From positions 109,926,001 to 109,990,000 of the forward strand of contig NC_086101.1 of assembly GCF_963921235.1 (NCBI RefSeq): a stretch of 64,000 nt of DNA, in the 5' to 3' direction. This document shows, one piece after another, positions 61,335-64,000 of the stretch (positions within the stretch are counted from its first letter, which is position 1; every line of letters begins with the position of its first letter). The DNA comes from Mobula hypostoma. Lineage: Eukaryota. The position numbers and the translations under genes were made by a program. The notes under the pieces were generated by a model. That model had not been told where the DNA came from. It made no database searches and saw only the letters and a list, made by a program, of their open reading frames with translations.

Positions 61335-61793
61335 TTTGGACCATCTAGAGATTATTTTACAGCTTTATAAAATCCTGGTTAGAACACATCTGCAGTATTG
61401 CATACAGTTCTGGTCACCCCACTATAGGAAGGATATTGAGGCTTTGGAGAGGGTGCAGACGAGGATGCTGTCTGGTTTAAAGGGTATATGCTATGACGAG
61501 AGGCTAGTTAATCTTGGGTTGTTTTCTCTGGCACATTGGAGGCTGAGGGGAAATCTAATAGATGTTTACATGATTATGAGAGGCACAGATAAAGTGGACA
61601 GAGAGTATCTGTTCCCCTGGGGTTGAATTGCCTAATACCGGAGGGCATGCATTGAAGGTTTAAGGGGGATGTGAAGATAAGTTTTTTTTTAAACTTAGAC
61701 AGTGGTGGATGCCTGGTATAGTGGTAGAGGCAAATACGTTGGAGGCTTTTAAGAGGTGTTAGGTAGGCACATGAATGTAAGGAAAATGGAGGG
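61335..61793 (+). mobile_element. CR1 3' fragment interrupted by the Gypsy LTR
   Basis: [32 protein letters not shown]. Confidence 0.85.
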
Positions 61794-64000
61794 TGTCACG
61801 TGACCAGCAACAATGAATATAGAAATGTGTCAGGTTTTATAAACAAATAAACATTTATCAAACTCTGCTCAAAATTAGTAAAAAGATAAACAAACGAAAA
61901 CCTTAACCGGAAGTAAACTGCTATGCAGCCATTTAACAAACCACTAAACTCATTACTAGTTCTTAAAGCAGTAAATGCAAACACAGTCTTAAAGTGGTAA
62001 ATTAGAACACAGTTCTTAGAATGGTAAATTTGAAAGTCCAACAGATTTATACAGTCAATTGGGAGAAACTTTCCTGAGGTAAAGAATTCCTCGAAGACTT
62101 GACATTACTGCCGATCCCAGCCAGAACCTGCCTTGTCCGCAGGACTCATGTTGACAGAAATAAAACAGTTTAAGGGCACTGACCTTTTTCCTCCATAGAC
62201 TAGATACTGCACAAACTTTTCTGCTGCTTTTAGCAGAGGTTATCTCTTGGAGATCTCTCTTACTTGAACAAATTCAATAAAGGTTGATCCTATCCAAAAC
62301 CGCTGAACTACTCCTTCAGGTTCCCATCTTCACTCTCCAATATTACTGAAAAGGTACGTCAACAAACCTGGCAGCGATTGGTTAAACTGCCGGCCCAACA
62401 CTTCTGTACCTTACAATAGAAAGTAAAACTGTTAAAACAAAACTGCGTAATAAAAAAATACGCAGCAATACCGAGTAACTGACGAAATAAATTTAAAACT
62501 CAACTGGGAAAACTAACTGCGTCAGCAGGGGTCTACCCTTATATAAACCTGCTGAGAACAGGTCATCACATGACCTCACATCGGCAGGAAATTTTACATC
62601 ATGTGACCTCCACAAGACCATTACATTATCCTCATAAAACAGTCACAAGATATCCATGAAGTATGTAACACTTCCATCCAAAAAAATTTTGGTCTTTTAG
62701 GAGCAAAATTTTAACAGTTAACTATTTACCAAAAAAAAACAAATATATAAAATTTACAACTTATACAATATACACAGCATTATCATACAGCATTTTGCAA
62801 ACTAATATACAGTAGCAGTGTTACAAGTGTTAAAATATCACTCCATTAAAAAAAATTACATTGTACATTTAACATCTAGGTACACCATCAGCGATCATAT
62901 TATCTTTACCTTTAATATGGGTTATCAAAATATTATACTCCTGTAATATCAAACTTTGTTGCTAAATTGGAGTTTGATTTATTTCCTTAACCATTTTCTT
63001 TAACTGAGCCCAGACCTACAACATAACAAAGGTGAGTCACAGTGGCATGGCCAAATTCACTCTTAGCTAAGTTAATAGTTAAGTTAGCTTTTAAAAGTCT
63101 CTCAAATAGTTTCTCCACCGCAGTAATATATGCTTTCCAAGTATTATTTCCTGTCACTAAATCATCAATATGGGCATCTGTATCTTTTAACCCATGAATC
63201 ACACTATTAAACATCTGTTGGAAAGTTCCTGATGCATTCTTCATCCAAAATGGAAGAACATTACATTCATATAACCCAGATGGAATTACAAGTGCAGAAA
63301 TCTCTCTATCTCTATCCGTCAATGGAACACACCAATAACCTCTTAACAAATTAATTTTTGTAAGAAACTTTGCTTGCCCAACTTTATCCACACAATCATC
63401 TAACCTAGGGATTGGATATGCATCAGTTTTTGTCACAGCATTCACCTTCCTATAATCTGTACAAAACCTAATACTATTGTCTGGCTTAGGCACCATAATA
63501 CACGGTGAACTCCAATTTGAATTAGAAGGTCTAATAATATTATTCTCTAGCATATACTTAATTTCCTGTTCAGAAAGTTCACATTTTTCCTTGTTCATCT
63601 GATACGGATGTTTTATGGGTTTTGCGTCTCCAACATCTACATGTGAAGCTATGGTGGTTCTTCTAGAACGTCTGGAAATAAATCCCTATATTTAAAAATT
63701 AACTGTTTCATCTGCTCTCTCTGCTCTGGCTGTAAATGAGATATTTTCTCATCAATATTTTCTAGAATTGTTGAATTTGGTAACCTGGCAGAAATAACGT
63801 TGGATTTAAAATGAATTTCAGATGAATCATCCATTAAGCTTTTAGAAAGATCAGACTCATTATTGACCACAATAGTCATAGTAGCAGCCTCTCTCTCATA
63901 ATACGGTTTTATCATATTTATATGACACAGCTGTGTTGGCTTTCTTCGATTTGGAGTTCTTATCAAGTAATCCACATAATTTACTTTAGATTTAATCTCA
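61794..64000 (-). mobile_element. Gmr1-type Gypsy element, 3' part (integrase tail, RT, RNase H end, 3' LTR 61794-62670)
   Basis: LTR ends TGTCACG...GTAACA with a purine tract (GGATGGAAG on minus) next to it; RT SNWSSPCIMVPKPDNSIRFCTDYRKVN; integrase-tail TPNRRKPTQLCHINMIKPY lies upstream of RT. Confidence 0.88.

Overview
Repeat-rich vertebrate genomic DNA, most likely from a cartilaginous fish. The species call is inferred from the CR1, Rex1/Babar, V-SINE, Penelope and Tc1 repeat mix. Exons were read by hand from splice signals. (1) A three-exon gene (1459-6965, +) encodes a 161-aa protein: a signal peptide, one B7/butyrophilin-like IgV domain and a C-terminal hydrophobic tail with no cytoplasmic domain, so it is probably GPI-anchored. 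(2) A decayed minus-strand Ig pseudogene lies at about 14.6-15.4 kb. (3) A tandemly duplicated PILR-like IgV receptor cluster (31.8-44.0 kb, +) has one intact leader, three V exons and a candidate Arg-containing transmembrane exon with a very short tail. Two of the V exons are about 98% identical despite diverged flanks. (4) Two PA-domain exons of RNF167 lie at 49.5 and 54.1 kb. The rest is transposable elements: CR1, Rex1, R4 and Penelope LINE-type elements (Penelope with minimal hammerhead motifs), a class I ERV, two solo LTRs with target-site duplications (TSDs), Tc1 and Harbinger derivatives, a Gmr1-type Gypsy, and a Gypsy element whose pol core is replaced by intronless myosin heavy chain rod sequence. 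Family assignments come from motif recognition only; no database search was run.
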